Source: Candidatus Woesearchaeota archaeon (GTDB taxonomy: Archaea > Nanobdellota > Nanobdellia > Woesearchaeales > GW2011-AR9). From it: a DNA stretch of 64,000 nucleotides. The stretch lies in NCBI GenBank assembly GCA_018696595.1, contig JABHQW010000008.1, forward strand, positions 320,001 through 384,000, in the 5' to 3' direction. Below the pieces are notes generated by a model that did no database searches, was not told the origin of the DNA, and was given only the letters and a program-made list of their open reading frames with translations. Both the position numbers and the translations under genes were made by a program. Numbering within the stretch: the stretch's first letter is position 1; each line of letters opens with the position of its first letter. Of the stretch, positions 16,516 to 26,756 are shown piece after piece.

Positions 16516-18461
16516 AAAGACTTATTGTTTGTTTTGGGTTGTTGGTTTTATTGTTCCCTTTAGTTTGTGCTGCTGAAGATAGTTATGAAGTCAATTATGC
16601 TAGTGCTGAATCAATAATCATGGCTCCTAAAGACTTTGAGATTGATGCTGCTGAAGCATTAAAAGAAGGCAATGGTCATGTTTTAAATGAAGACCAATGG
16701 GCTCAAGAAGGTAACCTTAATAAAATCCCCTCAGGAGACTTAAAAAAATATCCTAAGGCCTGGGACGCTGTTTCTACAAAACATGGTCTTGGAAAAGCAA
16801 CTTTGAATTTAGGAAATGTGGTTTACAAAGATGGGCTTCTTAGTAATGGTGATACTACTTTAGATTTAAACAATTTTAACGGAGCAATAATCTCCTCTTT
16901 AAATGGTGGCGGTTTTACAATTAAAAAAAAGTCTACCTCTTTAGGAGAATTTAATCTTGGTGATAGTAAAATTAATTTAGATGATTTCCAGGCTGGTGCA
17001 GAGGTTAAAGAAATTAATGGTGAACTTAATATTATTCTTTCTAAAGGAGCAAGAATGACTGATTCTAAAGGTACAGAAATTGTTGCTTTAGCAAAAGATA
17101 CAATTGTTACTTTAGGTGAAGATAAACTAAACGTTGAAGGGATTGCTTTAACTTTTGATGCGCTTGGCAATAAAGGTTTTATTGGCGATCCTACATCAAA
17201 ACTTAAGGGTGCGTTATCTTATGATTATACTGACTTAAAACAAGAACTAGAAAATGGAGTTGTTTTATTATCTGACGGTACTTTTTTGGGTGATCAGAAA
17301 TATTTAGATGGCTTAAAGGGAAACATTAAAGAAATTCTTGGTAGTGTTGATCCAAGTAAAATGACTCTCAAAAGAGTAAATGATGCTCTTGCAAAATCAA
17401 TGGATGAGAAATATGCTGAGCCCATTAAAGAATATCAAGATAATCTTGAAAAACTTTTTGCAAGTCAGGGGAAAGAATTGTCTAAAGTTCAAGATGAGAT
17501 GAAAAAAATGGAAGAACAGTTTGGGTCTGAGCTTTCTACTCAGCTGGCAAATTTTGACCAATATAAGAAAGATTTACTTGCCACTGGCGAAGAACTTAGT
17601 CAACCCCTTTTACAATACGCCCAACAAATTGAAGAATATAAAGATGAAATTGAAAATTTGCCTGATGCAGCACAACAACAATTGATTCAATATTTAGAAG
17701 GAAATAAAGCAATTGAGGAAACCATTGCAAAACTTAGTGGTGCAATTGAGCCTTTAACTGAACATATTGAAACTTTTAAAGAGTATCAAGAACAGGCCGA
17801 GAAAATTAATGATAACATTAAACAAGGAAAAAGACTGGCCAACAGATTTGATTTACCTTCTGAAATGGGCCAGGCTGTTGGGGCGGCTGCTTATTTCGCC
17901 AAAGATTATTTTCCAACTATTGATTATGCAACAGAGGACGGGGTGTTGCAAACAGGAGTTTTTTTAGCAGAACGAGGTTTTTTACCAACCGCTTATGTTC
18001 AAACACAAGGTACTGCTTGGACTCTTACTGGGGCAGCAACTGTTGAAGAAATTCAAGCTCAAGGAGCATTTGTTCTCAATCCAGAAGTACCTCTAAATAT
18101 ACTTGTTGAAGCAAGTACAAAAAGGGGGGCTCAAGCTAGTTTTAATTACTTATCTAATGTTGGTGCTTTTAGTGCAGTTGTTGGTCAGAAGGGTTTTGGC
18201 GGGGCTTATAATTCTGAGAATGCAAAAGCTGAAGTAACCGTTAGTCCAAATGGAGATTTTAATGTTAAGGGTGGTGCAGAAATTGCAGGCCAGGGTTCTT
18301 TAGTTGCTGAAGTTGAAATGAAAGATGAGAACTTAGTGGCGGGAGCTTCTTATCAAACAAAGATTGGTGATTCTGTTACTGCTGAAGTTAATGCCAATTA
18401 TGGCAGCGTAGAAGGTAAAGAAGATTATTCGGCGGGCTTTGCTGTTCAAGCGACCTGGTAA
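16512..18461 (+). CDS. Large secreted protein: beta-rich N-terminus, coiled-coil middle, predicted beta-barrel-like C-terminus
   Basis: ggggtg SD and ATG at 16512; Sec signal peptide; the last ~180 aa are short alternating strands ending YSAGFAVQATW. Confidence 0.7.
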   Translation: MKRLIVCFGLLVLLFPLVCAAEDSYEVNYASAESIIMAPKDFEIDAAEALKEGNGHVLNEDQWAQEGNLNKIPSGDLKKYPKAWDAVSTKHGLGKATLNLGNVVYKDGLLSNGDTTLDLNNFNGAIISSLNGGGFTIKKKSTSLGEFNLGDSKINLDDFQAGAEVKEINGELNIILSKGARMTDSKGTEIVALAKDTIVTLGEDKLNVEGIALTFDALGNKGFIGDPTSKLKGALSYDYTDLKQELENGVVLLSDGTFLGDQKYLDGLKGNIKEILGSVDPSKMTLKRVNDALAKSMDEKYAEPIKEYQDNLEKLFASQGKELSKVQDEMKKMEEQFGSELSTQLANFDQYKKDLLATGEELSQPLLQYAQQIEEYKDEIENLPDAAQQQLIQYLEGNKAIEETIAKLSGAIEPLTEHIETFKEYQEQAEKINDNIKQGKRLANRFDLPSEMGQAVGAAAYFAKDYFPTIDYATEDGVLQTGVFLAERGFLPTAYVQTQGTAWTLTGAATVEEIQAQGAFVLNPEVPLNILVEASTKRGAQASFNYLSNVGAFSAVVGQKGFGGAYNSENAKAEVTVSPNGDFNVKGGAEIAGQGSLVAEVEMKDENLVAGASYQTKIGDSVTAEVNANYGSVEGKEDYSAGFAVQATW

Positions 18462-18475
18462 TTTGATAATCCGTT

Positions 18476-18916
18476 TTAATCTACTTTATCTTCTAACGCT
18501 TCATCTAAAAGATGAAAACTAAATGGTTTTCCAACAATTTCTACGCTCTCGAGGTTATTTTCTCCAAAAAATGCTTCGTTGTATCTTGAAGCTAAGGTAG
18601 TTGTAACTACAACCTTACCAGAATATTCAGAACTGGAAATTGCATCTAAATATCTTTTAACAAATATTTCTGTTACATCCCCTTGACGAAAAGCTTCAGC
18701 ATTAAGAACGGCAGCATTATAATTCCCTGCAGTTAATATTCCTACTAAATCTGTTTCATTAGCAAATGTTAAGATCTCTTTATCTTTATTTATTGGATTA
18801 GAACCAAAAATACTTTCTTCTGGTAGGTATAAATTAACTTGATGCCCTATTTGGGATAGATGTCTTTCAGTTAACTCTCTATGTAATGGGTTTTCTTCAA
18901 CGTATAATATTTTCAT
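18476..18916 (-). CDS. CheY-like receiver domain, phospho-acceptor Asp apparently replaced
   Basis: MKILYVEEN..HR.L...L...G, and KPF near the C-terminus; YNAAVLN where DLVILD is expected. Confidence 0.6.
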   Translation of the reverse strand: MKILYVEENPLHRELTERHLSQIGHQVNLYLPEESIFGSNPINKDKEILTFANETDLVGILTAGNYNAAVLNAEAFRQGDVTEIFVKRYLDAISSSEYSGKVVVTTTLASRYNEAFFGENNLESVEIVGKPFSFHLLDEALEDKVD

Positions 18917-18953
18917 TTTAATTTCTCCAAGAACATCTATTCCATATTAAAAG

Positions 18954-19279
18954 ATAGGTAGGGCGGAATAAGCCGCCTTTTGTCAAACCCAAACAATTAA
19001 CAATGTAATTGCGATGGTTTGTTTTAGCATTCTACTAAGCGTTGAACCAACTTGCACTGGTTAGTATTCGCCGTTTCATCGCTCCCATACAACATAGTCA
19101 TGGGGTTAACTCATTGCTTTCTCAAGCAACTTCGCCACTATCATCCCGATGTATGGACGTGTCGTTTCTGAGCCATGGACAGCCATTTCTGACTCTCACT
19201 TCCGTGAGTAACCTTTCATAGTGGGCGGACTTTCCTAAGCGAATAAATTCACCTTCTGCTAAATACCGCTCCTACCTAT
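18954..19279 (-). ncRNA. rnpB: RNase P RNA (archaeal, type A-like)
   Basis: P1 ataggtaggagcgg/ccgccctacctat; CR-I aggaaagtccgcccac; cagaaacgacacg; gatgaaacggc; agtgcaag; gcttagtagaatgc; CR-V acaaaaggcggcttat; BRE-TATA about 25 nt upstream. Confidence 0.93.
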
Positions 19280-19392
19280 TGGTTCATTTTGTCCGGGTTT
19301 TTATAAATGTTTTCTTATATTTTAGATAATTAACTACTTTATAGTAATAAAATAAGAAACATTTATAAAGTCTTTCGTCATTATCTATTATT

Positions 19393-20160
19393 ATGATACT
19401 TATAGATCCTGAGACTAATTGTACTGCTTTAAATCTTGATCAATTAGTAGAAAATGTTAATGTAATTAGAAAAGAAGTAGACTCTCGTATAATCAAACCA
19501 CCTTCTTATTTTCTCATTGACTTAATGAGCAAAATGCTCATTGGTCCTGAAGAGAGAGGGGTTGAATTGTTCTTAATAGATCATATTATGAAATATAATG
19601 GAGAAGTACAAATTGATAGAAGTTATTCTCACCGTGGAAAAAAATTCGTTGATGTGAAATTTAAACCTGTTATTCCCGAAAGTGATATTTTAGTGCATCA
19701 AGCGTGGTTAAGAACTGGTGATTCACTTAAAAAAGGAGTAGATAGAATACTAAGAAACCAGGTTATAGGAAATCCTGGAGTTGATAGGGCAACATATTTG
19801 AAAGAAGCTTCTTTACCAGGCGGAGATGATGATGATCTTGGTATCAATGGTTGGATGTTTTCTTTAGATTATCAAACCATTTACTCCGTTGCATTACAGT
19901 TTGAAATTGATGTTGAAGAATTACAAAAAACAAGGAACATTTTTTATGATCCAGAAGGTCTTGCTGGTGCACAATTTGGTAACAACATTGAATATTTGTC
20001 AACATACTTTGTTTTTGGTGGAATCCCTTGTCAAGCAATTAGAAATATTCAATATTGTGTTATGGATCCACAACCAATCACTGAAGATGATAAAGATCAA
20101 TTTATTATTCATCCGGATGGTAGAACTTTAAGACAGTTTTTAGAACCTTCAAAGATCTAA
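19393..20160 (+). CDS. Hypothetical protein
   Basis: 255-aa ORF with its own BRE-TATA (19355-19370); no motif recognised. Confidence 0.7.
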   Translation: MILIDPETNCTALNLDQLVENVNVIRKEVDSRIIKPPSYFLIDLMSKMLIGPEERGVELFLIDHIMKYNGEVQIDRSYSHRGKKFVDVKFKPVIPESDILVHQAWLRTGDSLKKGVDRILRNQVIGNPGVDRATYLKEASLPGGDDDDLGINGWMFSLDYQTIYSVALQFEIDVEELQKTRNIFYDPEGLAGAQFGNNIEYLSTYFVFGGIPCQAIRNIQYCVMDPQPITEDDKDQFIIHPDGRTLRQFLEPSKI

Positions 20161-20189
20161 ACAATTTCAACAACAATAATTATATTTCT

Positions 20190-20489
20190 TTAGGGTGTTA
20201 TTTGAGCCATTTCTGCTCTTAAATAGTATGATGGTGGACGTGGTTTATAACTGATTCTTTCTCTAAAAGAATTTTCACAAGCAGCAAACCTTTTGAAAAG
20301 TTTTCTAGATTCCCCTTGATACTCATTTAGAAGCGGTATGGTATTCCTCATATGATCATCATATTGCTTCCAGTCTTGTTCGTTTGGTTCTTCCTCAAGT
20401 TTTAAATTTTCTATTCTTGCTGCTAACTCTTCAAATCTAACAATTTCTATTAAAATTTCTGAATCAGTTACTTTTCTTTTGCCAAACAT
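20190..20489 (-). CDS. Hypothetical protein
   Basis: 99-aa helical ORF with a TATA box upstream on the - strand. Confidence 0.55.
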   Translation of the reverse strand: MFGKRKVTDSEILIEIVRFEELAARIENLKLEEEPNEQDWKQYDDHMRNTIPLLNEYQGESRKLFKRFAACENSFRERISYKPRPPSYYLRAEMAQITP

Positions 20490-20549
20490 TTTATAATAAT
20501 TCTGAGAGGGGCATATTTTTTATAAATTTGTATGTACTCCAGCAGTCTA

Positions 20550-21248
20550 TCAAAAGACTTCAACCCTAAGCAACAACTTTTCCATCCCTTCTTGGTGACC
20601 AGCACCAACTATAACAAGAATCTTCTTACCTGGATTCTTACGTAATATCTTAACAATATTTTTAACCATATACTTATTTCGATCTGAAACTAAAGCACGA
20701 TAAACATTTGGATAAGTTTTCTTCATCATGTTCATCATTTTCTTAATAACTTCTTTTCCGGGAACTTTATTCAAATCAAATTGATCTAATCCCAATGCTT
20801 TAATTTGTTTCTTAGGAAACAATAAACCTTTTAACATGTCATAAACAAACCTAAACTTCTCTTTCCAAGTTAAGTATTTAGAAAACTTCTTCAAAGTAAT
20901 TTGAATTGGTTGATCAATAAAAGCAATTTCTAATTTCTCTTTACGAGCTAGTTCCATTGCGGCTTTCATCTCTGAACCAGGAGAAACTCCTACCATTTTA
21001 CCCAATTTCTGCTGAACAAACTGGCCGATCTTGGCAAACACGTAACCTTTTACACCTATCTTAAGAATCATAGCCAAGGAAACTTTACTTTTCTCTTCAG
21101 CCATTAAAGCAGATGCTCGTTGTAGATCTAATTCAATAGCAACAATATCTGGCTTCCAAGAGCTAACTGCGGCTTTAATCTCATCAACACTTCCTTGTGC
21201 GATATGAGAAGTACCTATGATTTTAACGTTGTCCATAGTTAGGTTCAA
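20550..21248 (-). CDS. TraB/PrgY/GumN family protein
   Basis: IIGTSHI, KPDIVAIELD..R, PGSEMKAA, IDQPIQIT, DRNKYM, VGAGHQEG. The start may be the ATG at 21236. Confidence 0.88.
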   Translation of the reverse strand: MNLTMDNVKIIGTSHIAQGSVDEIKAAVSSWKPDIVAIELDLQRASALMAEEKSKVSLAMILKIGVKGYVFAKIGQFVQQKLGKMVGVSPGSEMKAAMELARKEKLEIAFIDQPIQITLKKFSKYLTWKEKFRFVYDMLKGLLFPKKQIKALGLDQFDLNKVPGKEVIKKMMNMMKKTYPNVYRALVSDRNKYMVKNIVKILRKNPGKKILVIVGAGHQEGMEKLLLRVEVF

Positions 21249-21312
21249 ATACAGAAAAGTATTTAAACTTAAGTAAATTTAATTAAATTTACATAGTGAG
21301 GTGGTTTATACA

Positions 21313-21591
21313 ATGTTAAAAATGAAAAAAGTATCTGAAACTTACGATTTAAGAGTGTTTACCGATACAGGAGATTATTTTGGGGATGTTGAAGATAGTA
21401 TCATCAACTCAAACAAAGTTTCTGGTTGGAAAATTAAAGCTACAAAAAATTCTTTCTTAAGCAGAGTTTTGGGAAGTGCTAAAGGAGTTATTGTTCCGCA
21501 CCAGTTAGTTAAAGCTGTTGGCGACATTTTAATAATTTCTAAGAATGCTGTTCCTAGTGGCGCGATGGATGATAGTGAAGACGCAGAATGA
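21313..21591 (+). CDS. PRC-barrel domain protein (CdpB-like)
   Basis: VFTDTGDYFGDVED, GVIVPHQLVKAVGDILII. Confidence 0.85.
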   Translation: MLKMKKVSETYDLRVFTDTGDYFGDVEDSIINSNKVSGWKIKATKNSFLSRVLGSAKGVIVPHQLVKAVGDILIISKNAVPSGAMDDSEDAE

Positions 21592-21736
21592 AGGTAGAAA
21601 AGTTTTATTTTGATTTACTTAATTATCAATTTGTTCAAGGTAATCATGAGGACCTTGAATTCTTTACTTTTATTGCTGCTTAATTCTTCTTCATTTTTCC
21701 GTAATATATATAAAGCAATAATGACTTTCTAGGACT

Positions 21737-23068
21737 ATGGATGTGGTAACGTTAATTTTATTGGCAATTAGCCTAATTCTATTTTTTGGTTTCTTTGCAG
21801 AATGGTTTTTCCGTAAATTTAGTGTTCCAGACGTTTTATTCTTAATTATTCTTGGTTTTATCTTAGGTCCTTTTTCCTTAGGATATGTGACCCCTGCTAA
21901 TCTAGCAGACATTGCACCCGTATTTACAACGTTTACGTTAGTATTCTTATTGTTTGATGGTGCGTTTAACATAAACTTAACTTCTTTAATCAAAGAATTT
22001 TCTCACAGTTTTGTTTTAACAATTTTTAATTTCATAATCTCTTCAGTAATTGTGGCATTAATTTTATGGCTGTTTGGTTTCTGGGTTGGTGGGATTTCAA
22101 TTTTACTCTCACTTTTAGGTGGATTTCTTTTGGGAGGGGTCTCTTCTTCGTTTGTAATCCCCATTTTAAAACAAGTTAAAGTTGGAGAAAAGTTATATTC
22201 TTTATTAGCGTTAGAATCTGCATTAACAGATGTTTTTTGTATTGTTTTTTCATTAACTGTTATTGAAATATTTCAATTAGGTGGTTTTGGATTACAAGAA
22301 ACATTGGTACAATTAGTAAGTTTATTTGCAGTTGCTGGTTTAGTTGGATTAATAGGTGGAGTTATCTGGATTTTCTTAATTTTAAAAGTATTCAAAGAAC
22401 ACAATTATATGATCGCTATTGCCTACTTACTTTTAATTTATGTTATTACAGAATTCCTTAGTGGTAATGGTGCAATCGCAGCATTATTCTTTGGATTGAT
22501 TTTAAAGAATTCTAAACAGTTGTCTTCAATTATTCGGGGATTATTAAGTAGTAAAGCTAAAGATAAAAAGAAAGCTCTTGAAGGTGAACTGGGCGTGTCT
22601 GTAACAACTCCAAGCGAAGAATATTTTTATCATCAAATTTCTTTTTTCCTAAAAACATTTTTCTTTGTTTACATTGGAATTATGATTGATATTTCTGATT
22701 GGAAAGCGTTAGTTATTGGAATAGTATTATCCTTTGTTTTAATGGGTACCAGAATGGCTTCATTATTACTCACTAAAAGAATGGACGACACTCATAGGAC
22801 TTTAGTTAACGCAATTTTTGCTCGTGGTTTAGCAGCAGCAGCGATTGCTCAACTGGCAATAAATGCTGGAATCCCTCATGCGTTCTTCTTATCTAAGATT
22901 GCTTACGTGGCTATTACTGGAACAATTGTGTTGAGCTCAGTTCGAGTATTCTTAATTAAAAGAAAAATGCCTCCTGCAGAAGAAGAAGGGGAAACCCTTA
23001 TTGAAAGAAGAATTGAAAGAGCTGAAGGGAAAAAACACAAACATAAAAGAAAACATAGGCATAAATAA
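21737..23068 (+). CDS. Cation/H+ antiporter, CPA1 (NhaP-like)
   Basis: About 12 TM helices, LLFDGA, LESALTD, ARGLAAA; His/Lys-rich tail. Confidence 0.88.
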   Translation: MDVVTLILLAISLILFFGFFAEWFFRKFSVPDVLFLIILGFILGPFSLGYVTPANLADIAPVFTTFTLVFLLFDGAFNINLTSLIKEFSHSFVLTIFNFIISSVIVALILWLFGFWVGGISILLSLLGGFLLGGVSSSFVIPILKQVKVGEKLYSLLALESALTDVFCIVFSLTVIEIFQLGGFGLQETLVQLVSLFAVAGLVGLIGGVIWIFLILKVFKEHNYMIAIAYLLLIYVITEFLSGNGAIAALFFGLILKNSKQLSSIIRGLLSSKAKDKKKALEGELGVSVTTPSEEYFYHQISFFLKTFFFVYIGIMIDISDWKALVIGIVLSFVLMGTRMASLLLTKRMDDTHRTLVNAIFARGLAAAAIAQLAINAGIPHAFFLSKIAYVAITGTIVLSSVRVFLIKRKMPPAEEEGETLIERRIERAEGKKHKHKRKHRHK

Positions 23069-23109
23069 TACGTAACTCTTAAAAATAGTAGTTCTTTTTT
23101 AACATTAAA

Positions 23110-24168
23110 ATGAAAGAAATAATTTTAAATTGGTTAGGGACAATTCCTTATGGTAATTATTTACAAAATAAATACCTTTTTGCTATTTTGATTTTGGTAA
23201 CGTTTACAATTGGTGCTAAACTATTGTTGTTTATTTTTGAGAAATATTTCCAAAGATGGGCCAAGAAAACTAAAACTGAAATTGATGATATTATTTTTGA
23301 CAGAACTAAAAAGCCAGCATTTTATTTCTTGTTAGCAATTGGGTTGAAGTTAGCAATATTACATTTAGAAGTTAATGGGATCGTAAATTCTTTAGTTAAT
23401 ACACTTATGGCAATCGTGTTTGTATTTATTATTGCTAAAGTTGTTGATACAGTTATTGATATCTGGGGAGAAACTTTTGCTAAGAAAACTAAAAGTAAGA
23501 TTGATGACGTTTTATTACCTTTATTTCATAAATTTACAAAAGTATTATTTGTGATCATTGCAATTCTATGGGTCTTAAAAATATGGGGCATTGATATTGG
23601 CCCATATTTGGCAGGGGCAGGAATTTTGGGAATAGTTATTGGGTTTGCTTTACAAGATTCTCTAAAAAACATTCTTGGTGGAATCACTTTACTTCTAGAC
23701 AAAACTTTTGAGATTGGGGATAAAGTTAAGATTGAATCTGGTAAAGTGGGAACAATTCATGATATTGGCTTAAGAAGTACTAAATTAATTACTTATGATA
23801 ATGAAGTGATTTACATCCCTAATGGATATTTAGCAAACTCTCAAGTACAGAATTATACCAGACCAAATCCAAAAGTTCGTGTAGGTATAGATTTTGGTGT
23901 TGAGTACGGCAGCGATGTTGCTAAAGTAACTGAATTAATTGTGGGGACTTTGAAAGGAACGGGTGGTCTTTTATCTGATCCTCTTCCAGCTGTACACTTT
24001 TTGTCTATGGGTGATTTTGCTTTAAACTTTAAAGCATATTTCTGGGTAGAGAAATGGGGCGATGCTTACAGTAAGAAGTTGGAAGTTACTGAAGCGATTT
24101 ATAATGCTTTGAACAAAGCTAAAATTGGAATACCTTTCCCAACACAAACTATTGAGCTAAAGAAGTAA
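23110..24168 (+). CDS. mscS: Small-conductance mechanosensitive channel
   Basis: GIVIGFALQDSLKNILGG, FEIGDKV, G.IHDIGLRST, IPN..LAN. Confidence 0.92.
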   Translation: MKEIILNWLGTIPYGNYLQNKYLFAILILVTFTIGAKLLLFIFEKYFQRWAKKTKTEIDDIIFDRTKKPAFYFLLAIGLKLAILHLEVNGIVNSLVNTLMAIVFVFIIAKVVDTVIDIWGETFAKKTKSKIDDVLLPLFHKFTKVLFVIIAILWVLKIWGIDIGPYLAGAGILGIVIGFALQDSLKNILGGITLLLDKTFEIGDKVKIESGKVGTIHDIGLRSTKLITYDNEVIYIPNGYLANSQVQNYTRPNPKVRVGIDFGVEYGSDVAKVTELIVGTLKGTGGLLSDPLPAVHFLSMGDFALNFKAYFWVEKWGDAYSKKLEVTEAIYNALNKAKIGIPFPTQTIELKK

Positions 24169-24179
24169 GTTCCTTAGTA

Positions 24180-24252
24180 AAAGCACTACCACCAATGGAG
24201 GCGCATTTTGGAGTGTAACGACAAAATCTCGGGCGCCGTGCCGTAGTGCTTT
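24180..24252 (+). repeat. Hairpin element family, copy E1
   Basis: aaagcactac/gtagtgcttt outer stem; core caccaatggaggcgcattttg...caaaatctcgggcgccgtg. Confidence 0.8.
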
Positions 24253-24306
24253 TAGTTGCTTTAAATAAGCAAATATTTTTATATTCTCTTTCTTTTTATT
24301 CTTATT

Positions 24307-24498
24307 ATGGACATATTATCACCAATCGGAATTATTGTAATCGCTTTGTTAGTAGTTGTTTCTGCTAGCTTCCTTTCTAAAATTCTCAAGGTGGTATTCT
24401 ATTTATTATTGATAGCTTTCGTATTGGTTGTGTTGTTTGGTATCTCTTACAACGATTTGTTGGGTTGGGCTTATGGGATTGTGCTGTGGGCGTTTTAA
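24307..24498 (+). CDS. Small hydrophobic membrane protein
   Basis: 63 aa with two to three TM segments. Confidence 0.65.
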   Translation: MDILSPIGIIVIALLVVVSASFLSKILKVVFYLLLIAFVLVVLFGISYNDLLGWAYGIVLWAF

Positions 24499-24549
24499 AT
24501 ATTCTCTAAACAAGTAAAACTTATAAAGAATTAAGTTCCTAGTATTTTT

Positions 24550-25506
24550 ATGACTTCATCTATTTGGACAGAAAAGTACAGACCGCAAACTTTTGAAGAA
24601 GTTAAGGGTCAGAATGAGATTGTAAATAAAATTAAAGCATTTGTTTCTACAGGAAGTATGCCTCATTTATTATTTTCCGGGCCAGCAGGTGTAGGAAAAA
24701 CAACTCTCTCTTTAGTAATTGCTAAACAACTGTTCGGAGAATCTTGGAGACAAAACACTTTAGAATTAAATGCTTCTGATGAAAGAGGAATTGATGTTAT
24801 CAGAGTTAAAGTTAAAGATTTTGCTCGAACAAAAGCAATCGGCGATGTACCTTTCAAATTGATTTATTTAGATGAGTCAGATGCTTTAACAAAAGAAGCA
24901 CAGCAAGCTCTAAGAAGAACCATGGAGAACTATACTAGAACTTGCAGATTTATTTTGTCATGTAATTATTCTTCAAAGATTATTGATCCAATTCAATCAA
25001 GGTGTGCAGTGTTTAGATTTAGACCTCTTGCAGAAGAAGACATTTATCAGATGATTGATAAGTTATCTACAGATGAAGGCTTAACTGTTTCTGAAGAGGC
25101 TAAGAAGGCTTTATTTGAGGTATCTAATGGCGATTGTCGAAGACTTGAGAATGTAATGCAATCTTGTGCTGTAATCAAAAAAGATTTGGATGGAGAATTA
25201 GTTTATTCTATGGCTTCTGTCGCTAAACCAAAAGAGGTTAAAGAATTGTTAGAAGTTGCTGCTAAAGGGGATTTCATTTCTTCACGTAAGAAACTTCTTG
25301 ACTTAATGTTAAATTATGGTTTGTCTGGCTTAGATGTGATTAAACAGATTCAAAGAGAAATTTGGAACTTAGAATTGTTTGATGAGAAGAAAGTTGAGTT
25401 GATTGACAAATGTGGAGAAGTAGAGTTTCGAATGTCTGAAGGATCAGATGAGTATGTGCAATTAGAAGCTTTTCTGGCGTTCGTTGTTATGGTTGGTAGT
25501 AAGTAG
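24550..25506 (+). CDS. rfcS: Replication factor C small subunit
   Basis: WTEKYRP, GPAGVGKTT, LELNASDERGI, LDESDALT, SRC. Confidence 0.96.
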   Translation: MTSSIWTEKYRPQTFEEVKGQNEIVNKIKAFVSTGSMPHLLFSGPAGVGKTTLSLVIAKQLFGESWRQNTLELNASDERGIDVIRVKVKDFARTKAIGDVPFKLIYLDESDALTKEAQQALRRTMENYTRTCRFILSCNYSSKIIDPIQSRCAVFRFRPLAEEDIYQMIDKLSTDEGLTVSEEAKKALFEVSNGDCRRLENVMQSCAVIKKDLDGELVYSMASVAKPKEVKELLEVAAKGDFISSRKKLLDLMLNYGLSGLDVIKQIQREIWNLELFDEKKVELIDKCGEVEFRMSEGSDEYVQLEAFLAFVVMVGSK

Positions 25507-25536
25507 TTTTATATATTATTTTAATTTCTTTATCAT

Positions 25537-26724
25537 ATGAAGTTTGATAACCTTACTAAAATAAAACTAGTGTATTTCTTCAAATCATTATTCTTCTTTT
25601 CGCCAATTATCACTCTCTTTTATTTCTCTCGTGGCTTAGATACGTTTCAAGTAGTTTCTTTAGAAGCCATCTTAATAATTTCTGTGCTACTAATGGAAGT
25701 TCCAACTGGAATTATTGCAGATAAGATTGGCAGAAAGTATTCTTTATCAATCCTAACTTTCTTTTATGTAATAGGAAACATTTGGACCATTTATGCTCAC
25801 TCTTATCGAGAATTTATTTTTATTGAGATCCTGTTTGGAATTGGAATCGCTTTTGGTTCTGGAGCAATAGAAGCGTTAGTTTATGATTCTCTTAAGTATC
25901 AAAAGAAAGAACGAACCATGGGCAAGGTCTGGGGCTCAATTAATTCTTATGCTTTAGTTGCGGGCGTTTTTGCGGTTACGTTAGGCGGATATTTGGCTAG
26001 GTCGCATGATTCAGATTCCTTTGTTCTATTACTTTGGCTTTATACGATCGGAGCAGTAATTGCTTTTATAATTTCATTATTTGTTACAGAAAGGAAACAC
26101 GAGAAAGATATTGTTAGAAAAAGTCCGCTATTATTGTTTAAAGAATCAACAGTTCATATTCTTGAAAATAAATCTTTGAGAAGAATAATTCTTCTTTCTG
26201 TGTTTACGCTTCCATTTACACATGTAATCTTATTTTTGTTTCAACCATATTTTTTAATGGCCAATGTCAATAATGCTTTATTTGGGGTGGCTATGGCTAT
26301 TGGGTCTGTTTTAGGTTTTTTCTTAATGAAATATGCTTACAAAATTGAAAGAAGGTTTGGAGTTAGCAAAACAATGTTTGTTGCTACTATCTTGCCCGGA
26401 TTATTATATTTAGTGATGGCTTTCTTTATTGGTCCTTGGTTATCTTTTACTTGGTACGTCTTACAAAAAGGTTTTATGAAGATTAGATGGCCTTTATTTT
26501 CACAGTATCAAAATACACATATTAAGAGTTACAATCGAGCCACCGTTTTGTCAGTAATTTCAATGATTGTTTCTTTATACTTAGGAATCATGCGTTTAGT
26601 TCTTGGAAAGATTGCTAATTACGATTTGATTACTTCATTTGTTGTTATGGGCGTAATTATTGTTGTTGGTGCAATCGCTTTCAGAATTAATGAAGGGCAC
26701 GTTAATGGTTCTGAGAGTGGATAA
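25537..26724 (+). CDS. MFS transporter
   Basis: EVPTGIIADKIGRKYS (motif A), SGAIEALVYDSL, RATVLS; about 12 TM. Confidence 0.9.
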   Translation: MKFDNLTKIKLVYFFKSLFFFSPIITLFYFSRGLDTFQVVSLEAILIISVLLMEVPTGIIADKIGRKYSLSILTFFYVIGNIWTIYAHSYREFIFIEILFGIGIAFGSGAIEALVYDSLKYQKKERTMGKVWGSINSYALVAGVFAVTLGGYLARSHDSDSFVLLLWLYTIGAVIAFIISLFVTERKHEKDIVRKSPLLLFKESTVHILENKSLRRIILLSVFTLPFTHVILFLFQPYFLMANVNNALFGVAMAIGSVLGFFLMKYAYKIERRFGVSKTMFVATILPGLLYLVMAFFIGPWLSFTWYVLQKGFMKIRWPLFSQYQNTHIKSYNRATVLSVISMIVSLYLGIMRLVLGKIANYDLITSFVVMGVIIVVGAIAFRINEGHVNGSESG

Positions 26725-26756
26725 AATATATAAATGGAAAAGATAGGGATTATAAA

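Noticed and set aside
24180-24252. Classifying the hairpin family as GTAG-type REP or as H/ACA guide RNAs
   Set aside because: GTAG is on the 3' arm in E1, on the 5' arm in E3 and absent in E2. There is no consistent K-turn or 3' ACA box.
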